A stretch of DNA of 64,000 nucleotides from an uncultured Chloroflexia bacterium (GTDB taxonomy: Bacteria; Chloroflexota; Anaerolineae; CG2-30-64-16). This document shows, in pieces, positions 1-9,747 of this stretch. The stretch's first letter is position 1, and each line of letters starts with the position of its first letter. Made by a program: the position numbers and the translations under genes. The notes beneath the pieces were generated by a model that was not told where the DNA came from, made no database searches, and saw nothing but the letters and a program-made list of their open reading frames with translations. The stretch lies in NCBI GenBank assembly GCA_963810095.1, contig CAWEMM010000007.1, forward strand, positions 448,001 through 512,000. Reading direction: 5' to 3'.

Positions 1-129
1 CATGTTGACCGCCCCCCGCAGCGGGGCCACTTCAACTTGGCCGCGCGCCACCAGGCTCGCCAGCTCATGCAGCGCCGCGTCCCGCACACCCGCGTCGAAG
101 TCGTTCAACCGAGCTTCCAACTCGTGCAC
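1..129 (-). CDS. 5' part of a gene running off the left edge; possibly a PHP-domain protein belonging to the sugar locus
   Basis: Open frame from GTG at 129 reads VHELEARLNDFDAGVRDAALHELASLVARGQVEVAPLRGAVNM to the window edge. GAGGTG lies upstream and the gene is co-oriented with the locus. The family call is recalled resemblance only. Confidence 0.45.
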   Translation of the reverse strand, partial: MHELEARLNDFDAGVRDAALHELASLVARGQVEVAPLRGAVNM

Positions 130-160
130 ATTCGTGTCGATATTGCACCTCGCTTGGGAG

Positions 161-254
161 AATGGCACGCTGATTCAACTGATCGAACGGATCTTCATGA
201 TTCACAAAGGAGATCACGTCAATCAGTTAAATCAGTCCGAATCCGCGTCCTATT
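161..254. repeat. Intergenic palindromic element, family A (AAT(A/G)GGACAC-(CTGATTGAA)n ... (TTCAATCAG)n-GTCC(T/C)ATT)
   Basis: Inverted arms made of ~9-10 bp sub-repeats; similar to the copies at 3593, 48581, 52641, 56867 and 62856. Confidence 0.75.
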
Positions 255-259
255 TCAGT

Positions 260-1759
260 TCAGCATCCTGCGCAGTATCGTCCGTAGGCTTCTTCCCACC
301 GGGCGACGTCCTGCGGTTCGAACGTCTCGACCGGGAAGGAGCGGCGGACGACCTCGCGCCCCTCGCCCAGCGACCCGACCGCGCCCGTCGCCAGCATCTG
401 CATCAGGATATTGCCCGCGGCCGTCGCCTCGATCGGCCCGGTGATCACAGGGCGCCCAATGGCGTTGGCGGCAAACTGGCTGAGCAGGCGGTTCTGCGTG
501 CCGCCGCCCACGATGTTCAGCGCGTCCGTCCGCTTTCCGGTCAGTTGCTCGGTCATGTCGAGCACCGCCCGGTATTTCAAGGCGAGGCCCTCGAACACGG
601 TGCGGGCGAGGGCGCCCTTGTCTTGCGGGGACGCCTGTCCCGTGCGCCGGCACTGCGCGCAGATGCGGGCCGGCATGTCGCCGGGCCGGGTGAACGTTTC
701 ATGGTCGACGTCGATGAACGCGCTGAAGGCGGGCGCGGCCTGGGCCAGCGCCACGATCTCGTCCCACGCCAGCCGTTCACCTTCCAGCGCCCACTGCCGG
801 CGGCACTCCTGGATGATCCAGAGGCCGGTGATGTTCTTCATCAGGCGGATCGTGTCGCAGACGCCGCCTTCGTTCGTGAAGTTGAAGGCCAGCGCGGCGT
901 CGTTGACCACGGGCGCCGGGCTTTCGACGCCGAGGATCGACCAGGTGCCCGAGCTGACAAACGCCCGGTCGGGCCCCTCGATGGGGACTGCGGCGACCGC
1001 GGAGGCCGTGTCGTGACAGCCAACTGCGACCAACTGGAGGTCGCGCGCGCCCGTCTCTTCGGCCACCCAGGGCAGCAGCGGCCCCAGGACGGTGCCGGGC
1101 CGGACGATGTCGCCGAAGATGTGCGTGGGGATGTCGAGGCGTTCGAGCAGGTCGTAGGCCCAGGTGCGGCTGAAGGGTTCCAGGCACTGGCTCGTGCTGG
1201 CGATGCTGTACTCGTTGACCGCCCGGCCCGAGAGCCAGTAGTTGAGCAGGTCAGGCGTGAACAGCAGGGTGCGGGCCTTTTCGAGTGCGGCGCTGCCGCG
1301 GGCCGCAAAGAGCTGGTAGAGCGTGTTGAGGTCCATGAACTGGATGCCGGTGCCGCGGAAAACTTCTTCGCGGGGCACGATCTCGAAGACCCTTTCCACC
1401 ATGCCCACTGTGCGCTCGTCGCGGTAGTGGAACGGATTCCCCAGCAGCTCGCCCGCGCCATCCAGCAGCCCGTAATCCACGCCCCACGTGTCGATGCCCA
1501 CGCTGACCAGCGCACCGCCCGACTGCGAGCCGCTCCCGCAGCACTCGGCGGCCTTCGCGATCCCTGCCTTCACCTGGGCGAACTGGTCGAGGCTGTCCCA
1601 ATGGATGCTCGAGCCCGTGGCGCTTGGCAGGCGCACCGGGCCGTTCGCGAACCGGTGCACTTCCTCGAGCGCAAGCCGCTCGCCATCGAACCGCCCGATG
1701 ACCGCCCGGCCGCTCGACGCGCCGAGGTCCAGGGCCAGGAAGTTACGCGTGGCCGCCAT
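260..1759 (-). CDS. rhaB: Rhamnulokinase / L-fuculokinase (FGGY family)
   Basis: Motifs LALDLGASSGR, GIDTWGVDYGL, HDTASAV, SSGTWS, NEGG, KNITGLW and GPIEATAAGN. ATG at 1759 follows an AGGAGG RBS. Confidence 0.9.
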   Translation of the reverse strand: MAATRNFLALDLGASSGRAVIGRFDGERLALEEVHRFANGPVRLPSATGSSIHWDSLDQFAQVKAGIAKAAECCGSGSQSGGALVSVGIDTWGVDYGLLDGAGELLGNPFHYRDERTVGMVERVFEIVPREEVFRGTGIQFMDLNTLYQLFAARGSAALEKARTLLFTPDLLNYWLSGRAVNEYSIASTSQCLEPFSRTWAYDLLERLDIPTHIFGDIVRPGTVLGPLLPWVAEETGARDLQLVAVGCHDTASAVAAVPIEGPDRAFVSSGTWSILGVESPAPVVNDAALAFNFTNEGGVCDTIRLMKNITGLWIIQECRRQWALEGERLAWDEIVALAQAAPAFSAFIDVDHETFTRPGDMPARICAQCRRTGQASPQDKGALARTVFEGLALKYRAVLDMTEQLTGKRTDALNIVGGGTQNRLLSQFAANAIGRPVITGPIEATAAGNILMQMLATGAVGSLGEGREVVRRSFPVETFEPQDVARWEEAYGRYCAGC

Positions 1760-1774
1760 AAGCACCTCCTGAGC

Positions 1775-1834
1775 AACACAAAGACACAAAGACACGACGA
1801 ATGAAGGGTTTCGGTGTCTTGGTGTCTTTGTGTT
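1775..1834. repeat. Intergenic palindromic element, family B (AACACAAAG(ACACAAAG)n ... (CTTTGTGT)n)
   Basis: aacacaaagacacaaagacac...gtgtcttggtgtctttgtgtt; similar copies at 9651, 54694 and 59459. Confidence 0.75.
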
Positions 1835-1843
1835 AAGAGCGAG

Positions 1844-3565
1844 CTAAAGCTTCTTGCCCAGCATGAGCTTGGCGTTGTTCTCGCCGCCGTTCGCCGCATA
1901 CAGCAGGGGCAGGGGGCGGTCGACGCCCTCGACGTAGGCTGGCCGCGCCGCCCAGTTAGCCTGCGAGAGCACGCAGTTCAGGTCCATCCAGTACTCGAGC
2001 CGCGCCGGCGTCAGGCCCTGGATCATGTGGAAGTGGTTCGCCGGGGGCAGGTGCTTGTATTCGCTCATGGTCGCGTACTTCGGCACGACCCAGGTGTGGG
2101 GCCAGGTCGCATTGGTCAGGCCGGCCAGCGCGGCGGCCAGCGGCCCGGGCACGTCGGCGGTCTCGGCCTCGTCCCAGCTCAGGCTGAAGAGGCCGCTCAG
2201 GCTGCTGTAGGTCAGCCGGCCCGCAATCCCGCTCAGGCCGCCCGGCGAGGTGAACGTGACCGAGTTGCCCATGCCGGGGAAGTAGTCGGGGTCGCCCAGC
2301 GGCATGCTGACGCCCGCCAGCATTTCCTCCACGCTCGCGCCCGGCTTCGCCGCCCAGTCGAACGAAGCGGAGCCCGAGTTGTCGCCGTCGACCAGGCCCT
2401 TCTCGGCCCAGGCCGCGCCCGCCGGCAGCGCCATGCCGATCCCTTCGGCCAGCCGCTTGAGCTCCCACGGCTCCCATACCTTGCGGAAGTCCATGAAGAG
2501 CGGCGGCTGTCCCGCGGTCAGGCTCGAGAAGACGAGCATGGTGAGCAGGCCCTGCACGTCGGCCTCGGTGGCGAAGGGGACCACCTGCTTGCGCCCGGTA
2601 TGGTCGAAGCTCGAGTTGAAGAACGATTCCATCGCATCCGCGACGGGCAAGGGCAGGCCGCGCTTGTCCGAGCCCCATTCGAGCTGGCTCATGAAGCCGC
2701 CGCCCACCGCGTTGAGGTCCTTAAGCAGGTTGCGGGTGATCAGGTACAGCGCCAGGCTCTGGTCGAAGCGGCCCGAGTCGACGTCGTCGCGCAGCTCCAG
2801 CCGCTTGCCGAGATGCCGGTCGACGAACGCCCGCAGCGCCTTGAGTTCCTCTGCGTCGTACGCCTTCTTGTTCAGCATGTCGGCCAGCAGCTTCATGTCG
2901 AGCCGGGTGATCTCGATGCCGAACTGGAGGCGGGTGGGGATGACGTGCGCCAACGCCGTCTCCATGCCCATCGAGTCATGGCCGAAGATGACAACCCGGC
3001 GGCCCTTGAGCGCCTGGGTCGTCAGCGCGGCGTGCGCCCAGTCGACGAGCGCTTGCGCCGTCCCCTCGGTCATTTCCGGGTTCATCCCCGTGTCGGGCCA
3101 CGTGCCGACGTTCAGGTGCGACATCCTGCCGTACTGGGCCAGGGCCCCGTTGACCGCATGGGCAAACACCACGCCCGGCTTGGGGCCCGAGTTGCCGCAC
3201 GTGAAGTTAATCGGGGTGTCCTTGGGGAACTGAGACAAGAGCGAGATCACGCTGAGCTGGGGGAAGGCCCAGGTGTCTGGCGCAGCGACAATCACCTTGA
3301 CGTTCGCATCCTGGAACTGCTTGGCGACGATATCGGCCTCGCGCTCGCCGTCGACCAGGATGGGCGACCACACGACCTTGGCCGGCGAGCCGTCGGGCAG
3401 CTTCACCCGCTCGGCCAGCGTGTTCGCCACCATCTCACAAATGTTGCGGCACCGCTGCCGGCTGTCCTGATCGATACGGGGGTCGCCAGGCAAAAACACG
3501 CCAATGGCCGGCGCGTTCCGCTCGAACGTGCCCACCCCATCCGACAAAGCGATCGCTTGACCCAT
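1844..3565 (-). CDS. fucI: L-fucose isomerase family protein (FucI-like)
   Basis: 573 aa with DPRID, PGVVFAHA, GHDSMGM, QLEWG, ATEADVQG, WPHT and ANH motifs of the fucose/arabinose isomerase family; adjacent to the deoxy-ketose kinase. Confidence 0.75.
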   Translation of the reverse strand: MGQAIALSDGVGTFERNAPAIGVFLPGDPRIDQDSRQRCRNICEMVANTLAERVKLPDGSPAKVVWSPILVDGEREADIVAKQFQDANVKVIVAAPDTWAFPQLSVISLLSQFPKDTPINFTCGNSGPKPGVVFAHAVNGALAQYGRMSHLNVGTWPDTGMNPEMTEGTAQALVDWAHAALTTQALKGRRVVIFGHDSMGMETALAHVIPTRLQFGIEITRLDMKLLADMLNKKAYDAEELKALRAFVDRHLGKRLELRDDVDSGRFDQSLALYLITRNLLKDLNAVGGGFMSQLEWGSDKRGLPLPVADAMESFFNSSFDHTGRKQVVPFATEADVQGLLTMLVFSSLTAGQPPLFMDFRKVWEPWELKRLAEGIGMALPAGAAWAEKGLVDGDNSGSASFDWAAKPGASVEEMLAGVSMPLGDPDYFPGMGNSVTFTSPGGLSGIAGRLTYSSLSGLFSLSWDEAETADVPGPLAAALAGLTNATWPHTWVVPKYATMSEYKHLPPANHFHMIQGLTPARLEYWMDLNCVLSQANWAARPAYVEGVDRPLPLLYAANGGENNAKLMLGKKL

Positions 3566-3592
3566 GACACATCCTCCTGATGCTTAAGGCGG

Positions 3593-3684
3593 AATGGCAC
3601 ACAGATTGAACTGATCGAACCGATCCCCTTGTCTTCGATAAGGATCATGTGAACCGGTTCAATCAGTCCGATCTGCGTCCTATT
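3593..3684. repeat. Intergenic palindromic element, family A
   Basis: aatggcacacagattgaactgatcgaaccgat...ccggttcaatcagtccgatctgcgtcctatt. Confidence 0.75.
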
Positions 3685-4606
3685 AACCTTTCGTTGCTCC
3701 GGAAGCCAGGCCGGCCACCAGTTGGCGCTGGACGAGCGCGACGAAGATGACCGACGGAATGAGCATCATAATCGACATGGCGGTCATCCCGCGCCAGTCC
3801 GACACGAACGAGCCCGTGAACTCGTAGAGCGCCGGCGGGAAAGTACGCGAGGCCGGCGTACGCGTGATCTGCGTGGCGATGGCGAACTCGTTCCAGCAGG
3901 TCAGGAACGCAAAGATGCCGCTCGCAGCCACCCCCGGCATGGCCAGGGGCAAATCCACCCGGATCAGCGCGCCCCACCGCGAGCAACCGTCGATCACCGC
4001 CGCTTCCGCCAGTTCCTCGGGGATGGCGCGGAAGAAGCCGTCCATGAGCCATGCCGTGAAGGGGATGTTGAGCGCCGTGTACGCGATGATCATGCCCGGG
4101 ATCTTGTTGATCAGGCCCACCCGGGCGAAGAGGATGAACAGGGGCAAGCTCAGCGCGACCCCCGGCACGGCGCGCGCGAGCATCATGCTTAGAAAGATGC
4201 CATTCTTCGCCCTGAACGACCACCGGGAGAACACGTATCCTGCCATGGTGCCAAGCACGAGCGAGAAGAATGTGCTGGAGAGGGCGATGACCGTGGAGTT
4301 GCGAGCGTATTCGGCAACGGGGATTTCTGAGCCCATTCCGAACGCGCCCTCGGGCGTCGGCATGCCCAACAGGATTTTGTACGAATCCAGATCAAGCGCA
4401 CGCGGGATCCAGACGGGCGGTCGCGCGTTGATCTCCACGTTCGGCCGGATCGACGTCATCAGGAGCCACAAGACCGGGACGAAGAACAGGAAGATGATGA
4501 AATAAAGCAGGAGGTCGCGCGCTGTGTCGCTCCAGTAGCGCCGGCGACCCGATTTGTCGAACTTGCCTGAAGTCTTAGCAGGGCGGCTGGTCGTGACGGC
4601 GCTCAT
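3683..4606 (-). CDS. Carbohydrate ABC transporter permease (MalG-like)
   Basis: Several TM segments and an EAA loop (ELAEAAVIDGCSRWG); WNEF motif. Confidence 0.9.
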   Translation of the reverse strand: MSAVTTSRPAKTSGKFDKSGRRRYWSDTARDLLLYFIIFLFFVPVLWLLMTSIRPNVEINARPPVWIPRALDLDSYKILLGMPTPEGAFGMGSEIPVAEYARNSTVIALSSTFFSLVLGTMAGYVFSRWSFRAKNGIFLSMMLARAVPGVALSLPLFILFARVGLINKIPGMIIAYTALNIPFTAWLMDGFFRAIPEELAEAAVIDGCSRWGALIRVDLPLAMPGVAASGIFAFLTCWNEFAIATQITRTPASRTFPPALYEFTGSFVSDWRGMTAMSIMMLIPSVIFVALVQRQLVAGLASGATKG

Positions 4607-5541
4607 GCTTTACCCTCCCACCGGCTCTTCATGACGTTCCGGAACAGGTACCATGTAAAGATGAAACTGATCGCTACGGTGACGTAGGACATGGCACTGC
4701 CCAAGGCGTAGTTCTGGCGCTGAAAGGCCAGACTGTTGACGTAAGTCCAAATGAGTTCGGTGCGGTTGCCGGGGCCGCCGTTCGTCATGATCCGCACCAC
4801 ATCATAGGCGCGGGCGAGGTCGAGCGAGCGGATGGCCATGGCCGTGTAAACGAACGGCATAATCATCGGCAGGGTGAGCATGCGAAATTTCTGCCAGCCC
4901 GACGCCCCATCTACTTCGGCGGCCTCAAAAGGCTCCGTGGGCAGTGAAAGAATACCGGCTTCCAGGATGATGACCATAAAGGGCGTGCTCATCCAGATCT
5001 CCGCGACGAGCAGCGAGATGAAGCCCAGCGGCACCTTGACCAGCCAGGGGATAATGACGAGTTGGCCGGTGATTGTCGACAGGAAGCTGTTCACCAGCCC
5101 GACTTCGGCGTTGAACACCCACTTGAACATGAACCCCACGAGGATGGGTGCGAACATCATGGGCATCATGAGGACTGTGCGGAGCCCGCCGCGCCCGCGA
5201 ACGGCCTTAGCCATCAACTGGGCGATTCCCATCCCGATCAGGAACTCGATGTTGACCGCCAGGGTCATGAAGAGCACCGTGCGCCCGAAAGCCTGCCAGA
5301 AAATGGGATCCTGGAGAAGGGTGATGTACTGCTCGAGTCCGACAAAGTGAAAGTTCTGCGCCGTCATGAGCGTGTAGTTCGTAAAGCTCAGGTAGAGCGA
5401 GTAGAGCATGGGGAAGCCGACCACGGCAAGCAGAACCAGGACGCCGGGCAGCAGCAGTGCGACAGGAAGCAGGCGGGTCTCGTTGGCTCGCTTGCTCCGG
5501 CCCTTGTTGACCCTACCCGATGCGAGTGCAGGTGCAGTCAT
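4603..5541 (-). CDS. Carbohydrate ABC transporter permease (MalF-like)
   Basis: EAA loop (FEAAEVDGASGWQKF) and MTNGGPG motif. ATG at 5541 follows GGAGG; overlaps the next gene by 4 bp. Confidence 0.9.
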   Translation of the reverse strand: MTAPALASGRVNKGRSKRANETRLLPVALLLPGVLVLLAVVGFPMLYSLYLSFTNYTLMTAQNFHFVGLEQYITLLQDPIFWQAFGRTVLFMTLAVNIEFLIGMGIAQLMAKAVRGRGGLRTVLMMPMMFAPILVGFMFKWVFNAEVGLVNSFLSTITGQLVIIPWLVKVPLGFISLLVAEIWMSTPFMVIILEAGILSLPTEPFEAAEVDGASGWQKFRMLTLPMIMPFVYTAMAIRSLDLARAYDVVRIMTNGGPGNRTELIWTYVNSLAFQRQNYALGSAMSYVTVAISFIFTWYLFRNVMKSRWEGKA

Positions 5542-5575
5542 AGACCCTCCAGGCGCCATCCCCTCATCACCGGAC

Positions 5576-5624
5576 AGACCTGACAGGTCTCCGCCGCCAC
5601 AAAGTGGCGCAACCTGTCAGGTCT
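5576..5624. repeat. REP-like palindrome AGACCTGACAGGT...ACCTGTCAGGTCT
   Basis: Inverted repeat between the solute-binding protein and permease genes, a typical position for mRNA-stabilising REP hairpins. Confidence 0.65.
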
Positions 5625-5654
5625 TTCGCTATGAGCGGATGGACGAGATACCGG

Positions 5655-7037
5655 TTAGGACTTGTAGTAACCGGCGTCGGCCATCATCTTCTTGGTCTCC
5701 GCCGCGGCGGCATCGAGGCCGGCTTGCGGCGCGACGTCGCCGAGGATGATCTTCTGCATCGTGGGGTAGAACAGGTTGGAGAACGGCAGCCATTCCGCGA
5801 TGAGCGGAGGCGTCCGCAGGTCTTCCTGCGCGGCCTGGAGCACGAGATCCAACCGCTTCTTGTCAAGCGGCACGCTGGACTTGCTCGCTTCCTCGAGGAC
5901 CTTGTTGAACACGCTCTGCCGAGCGACCAGCAGGCCGGTCGCGGCCTCGACTGTCAGGCCTTCGGGGCTCGTCAGCTGCTTGATCAGGGATGCGGCCAGC
6001 TCCTTTTGCTTGCTCGCCTGCGTGATCGAGAAGCCGTGCGCGCCGGCCCAGCCGCCGCGAACCTTGCCGTCGCCCATCGGCTGGCGCTCGTAGTCAAACT
6101 TGCCGGCGACCTTGCTGCTCTTCGGGTCCTGGAAGAACCCGTACCAGCCCGGCCACTCGGTGTAAAGAGCGATGGTGCCGTTGGCGAAGTTCTTGGCCAC
6201 ATCGTCCCAGACGTAGTTCGTCATTTCGGCCGGCATCGCCTTGGCCTTGTAGAGGTCCGCGAACATCGTCGCGGCTTTGACGCCTGCCTTGTCGTTGAAG
6301 ACTGGCTCCCACTTATCGTTGAAGAGGTTGCCGCCTTCGGCCGTGAGGACTTCGTAGAAGCGGCCGGTGAGGGCTTCTTCCTTGCCGGCGAACTGCGTGC
6401 CGTAGATGCCCTTCGCCGGGTCGGTATACTTGATCGCGGTCTCCTTGAACTCGTCGAACGTCGCGGGCGCCTTCAACCCCTCGAGGCCGGTCTGGAACTG
6501 CATCAGCGAGATGTCGTAGTGCCGCGGGATCAGCCACAGCTTGCCGTCCTTGCGGGCGGCGTCGACCAGCCGTGGGATGAAGTCCTTGAGTTCTTCTGCC
6601 GTGAAGTAGCCGTCGAGCGGCTCGAGCCCATTGACCTTCACGTACTCAGAGAAGAAGCTTGTGTGGTCCCAGGCCACGTCGTAATCGACGGTATTCGCGG
6701 CCAGGTCCTGCACGAGCCGCTTGTCCGTCTCGAAGCCGTTGCCCTTGAAGACGATGTTGACCTTGTTGCCGGTCGCTGCTTCCCAGACCGGAATCATCGC
6801 TTCGTACAGCTTTTCGTAGTTGCCGCCGCTGATGGCCAGCATGTTGACGGTCGACCCGCCGGTCTTTGCGGCGGGCGCGGCGGCCGGGGCTTCGGTCGGT
6901 GCGGCCGCAGCAGCAGGGGCAGCCGTCGGGGCCGGGGCCGGGGCGGGCTGCGCACAGGCTGCGAGGGCTGCTGCGCCGCCCACGAGGCCGCCAATCCGCA
7001 GAAAACTGCGGCGGGAGATCTTCTTTTCCTCGGACAT
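5655..7037 (-). CDS. Sugar ABC transporter substrate-binding lipoprotein (Tat-exported)
   Basis: Twin-arginine signal MSEEKKISRRSFLR, lipobox LAAC, Pro/Ala linker and an SBP family-1-like body. ATG at 7037 follows AGGAGG. Confidence 0.9.
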   Translation of the reverse strand: MSEEKKISRRSFLRIGGLVGGAAALAACAQPAPAPAPTAAPAAAAAPTEAPAAAPAAKTGGSTVNMLAISGGNYEKLYEAMIPVWEAATGNKVNIVFKGNGFETDKRLVQDLAANTVDYDVAWDHTSFFSEYVKVNGLEPLDGYFTAEELKDFIPRLVDAARKDGKLWLIPRHYDISLMQFQTGLEGLKAPATFDEFKETAIKYTDPAKGIYGTQFAGKEEALTGRFYEVLTAEGGNLFNDKWEPVFNDKAGVKAATMFADLYKAKAMPAEMTNYVWDDVAKNFANGTIALYTEWPGWYGFFQDPKSSKVAGKFDYERQPMGDGKVRGGWAGAHGFSITQASKQKELAASLIKQLTSPEGLTVEAATGLLVARQSVFNKVLEEASKSSVPLDKKRLDLVLQAAQEDLRTPPLIAEWLPFSNLFYPTMQKIILGDVAPQAGLDAAAAETKKMMADAGYYKS

Positions 7038-7203
7038 GGGTGAACTCCTCCTTGGGTTAGGAACCGTGTCTCGGATTGGTCTTTCTTGAGATTGCTGGCT
7101 GGCCAGTGCGCTGCAATGCTGAGGCACTGCGATACCGGCGTCCTGGCGGAGATGACCGCAACCACCCCCTTTCGTATGCACGATGTCGGTCTTGGCACCG
7201 AAG

Positions 7204-7980
7204 CTAGAACAAGCCGGTGATCGTTACATCACTCGGCGTAGGGCGCTTGGGTCGGGTCAGCAGGGCCAGCTTCTCGACCCATGCATCGACCATGGCAGCC
7301 CACATGCGCTCGCCTGCCTCTTGCGTGGCGCGGCGAGCCTTGGATGCGTCGGTGTGCGTGTACCACGGCGCGTCGATGCCCAGCCGGTCCTGGTCGACCA
7401 ACTCGGGCCACGCGCCGAGCACGAGCGCGGTCTCGTAGAAACCGGCGTGGTCGGCCAGCGTCACGACCTTCGCCGCGGCTGGCAGCACCGAAGGCCATGT
7501 CTGGATGCGTTCGAAGACGTTGTCCGTGATCGGCAGCGGGGATCTTCCCCACCATGCGGCGCCGCGCTCGCCCAGCGATTTCTCGAAGGTGACTTCAACC
7601 GCGGCCTGGCGCAGCGCCAGCGCCTCCGGTCCCTCGAGCTGTTGGTGGTGAATGCAGATCACGATCCACTTGAAGCCCAGGTCCCAGAAGCTGCCCAGCA
7701 CGTCCTTGGCGTGGCGTCCGAAGCGCTCGGTGGAGACGTCGACCGTCCCCATGTCGGGCCCGGTGACGGCATACCCGGTCGGGCCGTACCAGAAGGGCGG
7801 GGCGACCACGGCTTTGGCGCGGGCCGCCGCTCGCCGGCAGAGCTCTTCCACGACGAGCGTGTCGACGCCGAGCGGCAGGTGCGGCCCATGATACTCGACG
7901 CAGCCCGCAGGCACAAGCAGCGGCCAGCCCTCGTCGATCGCGAGCTTGAGTTGGTGTGGAAGCAAATGCTGTAAGTGCAT
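7204..7980 (-). CDS. Creatininase / amidohydrolase family protein
   Basis: PAGCVEYHGPHLPLGVD and DHAGFYET motifs. Confidence 0.85.
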   Translation of the reverse strand: MHLQHLLPHQLKLAIDEGWPLLVPAGCVEYHGPHLPLGVDTLVVEELCRRAAARAKAVVAPPFWYGPTGYAVTGPDMGTVDVSTERFGRHAKDVLGSFWDLGFKWIVICIHHQQLEGPEALALRQAAVEVTFEKSLGERGAAWWGRSPLPITDNVFERIQTWPSVLPAAAKVVTLADHAGFYETALVLGAWPELVDQDRLGIDAPWYTHTDASKARRATQEAGERMWAAMVDAWVEKLALLTRPKRPTPSDVTITGLF

Positions 7981-7992
7981 AAAGGACTCTCT

Positions 7993-8080
7993 GCCACGAA
8001 TTACACGAATTGGGCGAATTTCCCGAAGCTAGACCAAGAAGCAATTCGCTGCAATTCGTTGAATTCGCGCAATTCGTGGC
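7993..8080. repeat. Intergenic palindromic element, family C (GCCACGAATT(N)ACGAAT ... ATTCG(N)AATTCGTGGC)
   Basis: Terminal GCCACGAATT/AATTCGTGGC inverted repeat with internal ~9-bp sub-repeats; copies at 53410 and 54193. Confidence 0.8.
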
Positions 8081-8087
8081 GGCCTCG

Positions 8088-9272
8088 TCAATGGATGTCC
8101 GGGAGGTCCCACTGGCCGAGCTGCAACGGGTAGCAGCCGTACTGGCGGACCAGGTTGACGACGAACTCATAACGCTCGGCGGAGACGTTTGACGGCACGC
8201 TGTGGTCCGACTGCACGATGTAGCCGCCACCCTTCGCGGCGTTGAGCTTGGTGAGCACCATGTCCTTCAGCTCGTCCATCGTCCCATAGGCCCACGTGAG
8301 CACATCCAGGTTGCCGCAAAAGCCGATCCGGTGCCCGTAGCGCCGGCGCAGGTCCACGACGTCCAGGTTGGCCTTGGCTTCCAGCGGATTGTACGCGTCG
8401 ACCTTCGTCTCGATGTAATCTTCGAAGATACGGTTCACGTTGCCGCAGCCGTGGTAGATCACGGGGATGCCGGCATCGTGGCAGACCTTGGTCATCTCGG
8501 TCACGACGGGCTTGAAGTAGCGCCGCCAGTACTTCGGCGAGAAGAAGACGTCCTTGCGATACGCCACATCGCCCCAGATGACCATGCCGTCGATCAGGGG
8601 CCGCCCGTCGGCGGCCATAGCCGCCTTGACCTGTGCCTTGGTCAGCTCCACGCACCATTCGCCCAGCCGGTCGATGAAGCGGCCGATCTCGTCGGGGTAG
8701 AGCCCGATCCACAGCATGACGTTCTCGGAGCCGATGATCCGCCACAGCATTTCGTGCGCCTCGCACGCACTGCCGTACACGGGGATGTCCGGGTGCTTCT
8801 CCTTCACCGTTTCGATCCAGGCCGGCGAGTTGAACGTGAAGCCGTCGCCCACGCCCCCCAGCTGGTTATCGCCGGCGGCAAACCAGCGCCGGTCGTCCCA
8901 CGGGTCGTCGAACTCGAACGCGGCCATTTTCTCGGGCGTGTCCGTTTCGAAGTGCAAGAAGGCGGGCATCGGGTCTTCGAACTTCTTCCGCAAGACCGCC
9001 TCGAAGCCGGTGCGAACCGTGATCTCGCTGTCGCTCTGTGAGATCACCTCGAACGGCTTGATGTGGGGGTCCATGTTCGGCACGGTCACGAGCCAGTCGA
9101 GATCATAGTGCTTGTAGATGTCGGCGTCTGCGGGCAGGCCCATTTCCGTGCGCCAGCGTTCCAGGAAGCTGCCCCAGTAGAAGTCGCTGATCGGGACGCG
9201 GTCGGCTTCTTCGTGGCGCAGTGTCTTGTTAATCCGGTCGAGCTTGAGCAAGCAGTTGGGGGTGCGGTCCAT
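8088..9272 (-). CDS. Uroporphyrinogen decarboxylase-like / MtaA-CmuA methyltransferase family protein
   Basis: DRVP N-terminus, WGDVAY, YHGCG Zn-ligand motif, GFCGNLD, GGYIVQSDHSVP. Confidence 0.8.
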   Translation of the reverse strand: MDRTPNCLLKLDRINKTLRHEEADRVPISDFYWGSFLERWRTEMGLPADADIYKHYDLDWLVTVPNMDPHIKPFEVISQSDSEITVRTGFEAVLRKKFEDPMPAFLHFETDTPEKMAAFEFDDPWDDRRWFAAGDNQLGGVGDGFTFNSPAWIETVKEKHPDIPVYGSACEAHEMLWRIIGSENVMLWIGLYPDEIGRFIDRLGEWCVELTKAQVKAAMAADGRPLIDGMVIWGDVAYRKDVFFSPKYWRRYFKPVVTEMTKVCHDAGIPVIYHGCGNVNRIFEDYIETKVDAYNPLEAKANLDVVDLRRRYGHRIGFCGNLDVLTWAYGTMDELKDMVLTKLNAAKGGGYIVQSDHSVPSNVSAERYEFVVNLVRQYGCYPLQLGQWDLPDIH

Positions 9273-9281
9273 ACGAGCTCC

Positions 9282-9605
9282 TCAGTCCTGGTGGAAGACT
9301 TCGTCGAGATTCGCCCACCATTCGCCCTCGGCGCGGGTGGGCAGGGGACGCTGGAGCGGCATCTGGATGTCCCACCATTCCTGCGTCTTCGGGTGCGCGG
9401 CCATCTTCGCCATGTCCGCGGCGTAATCCTCGCCCACGTACTCGAAGTAGGCAAAGAGCAGGCCGTCTTTGTGATAGATCGAGTAGTTGCGGATGTTGCA
9501 CTGCGTGATCATGTCGGCCACCTCGGGCCAGACGGCCGAGTGCCAGCGCTTGTACTCCTCCAGGTTCTCTGGGGGCATGCCGATGATCTGAGCGACGCGC
9601 ATCAT
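9282..9605 (-). CDS. rhaM: L-rhamnose mutarotase
   Basis: EEYKRWHSAVWPE, NIRNYSIY, LFAYFEY, TQEWW and EVFH motifs. Confidence 0.9.
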   Translation of the reverse strand: MMRVAQIIGMPPENLEEYKRWHSAVWPEVADMITQCNIRNYSIYHKDGLLFAYFEYVGEDYAADMAKMAAHPKTQEWWDIQMPLQRPLPTRAEGEWWANLDEVFHQD

Positions 9606-9650
9606 GTATGACCTCCCTTGGTTGCCGTTCTAGCGATCAGTTACGGACCT

Positions 9651-9719
9651 AACACGAAGTCACAAAGTCACAAAGACGGCTACTCTCTGCCCGCAATTGT
9701 GCCTTGGTATCTTTGTGTT
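9651..9719. repeat. Intergenic palindromic element, family B
   Basis: aacacgaagtcacaaagtcacaaag...ttgtgccttggtatctttgtgtt. Confidence 0.7.
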
Positions 9720-9747
9720 GGCGTTTCTTCTCCGAACGATACCCATC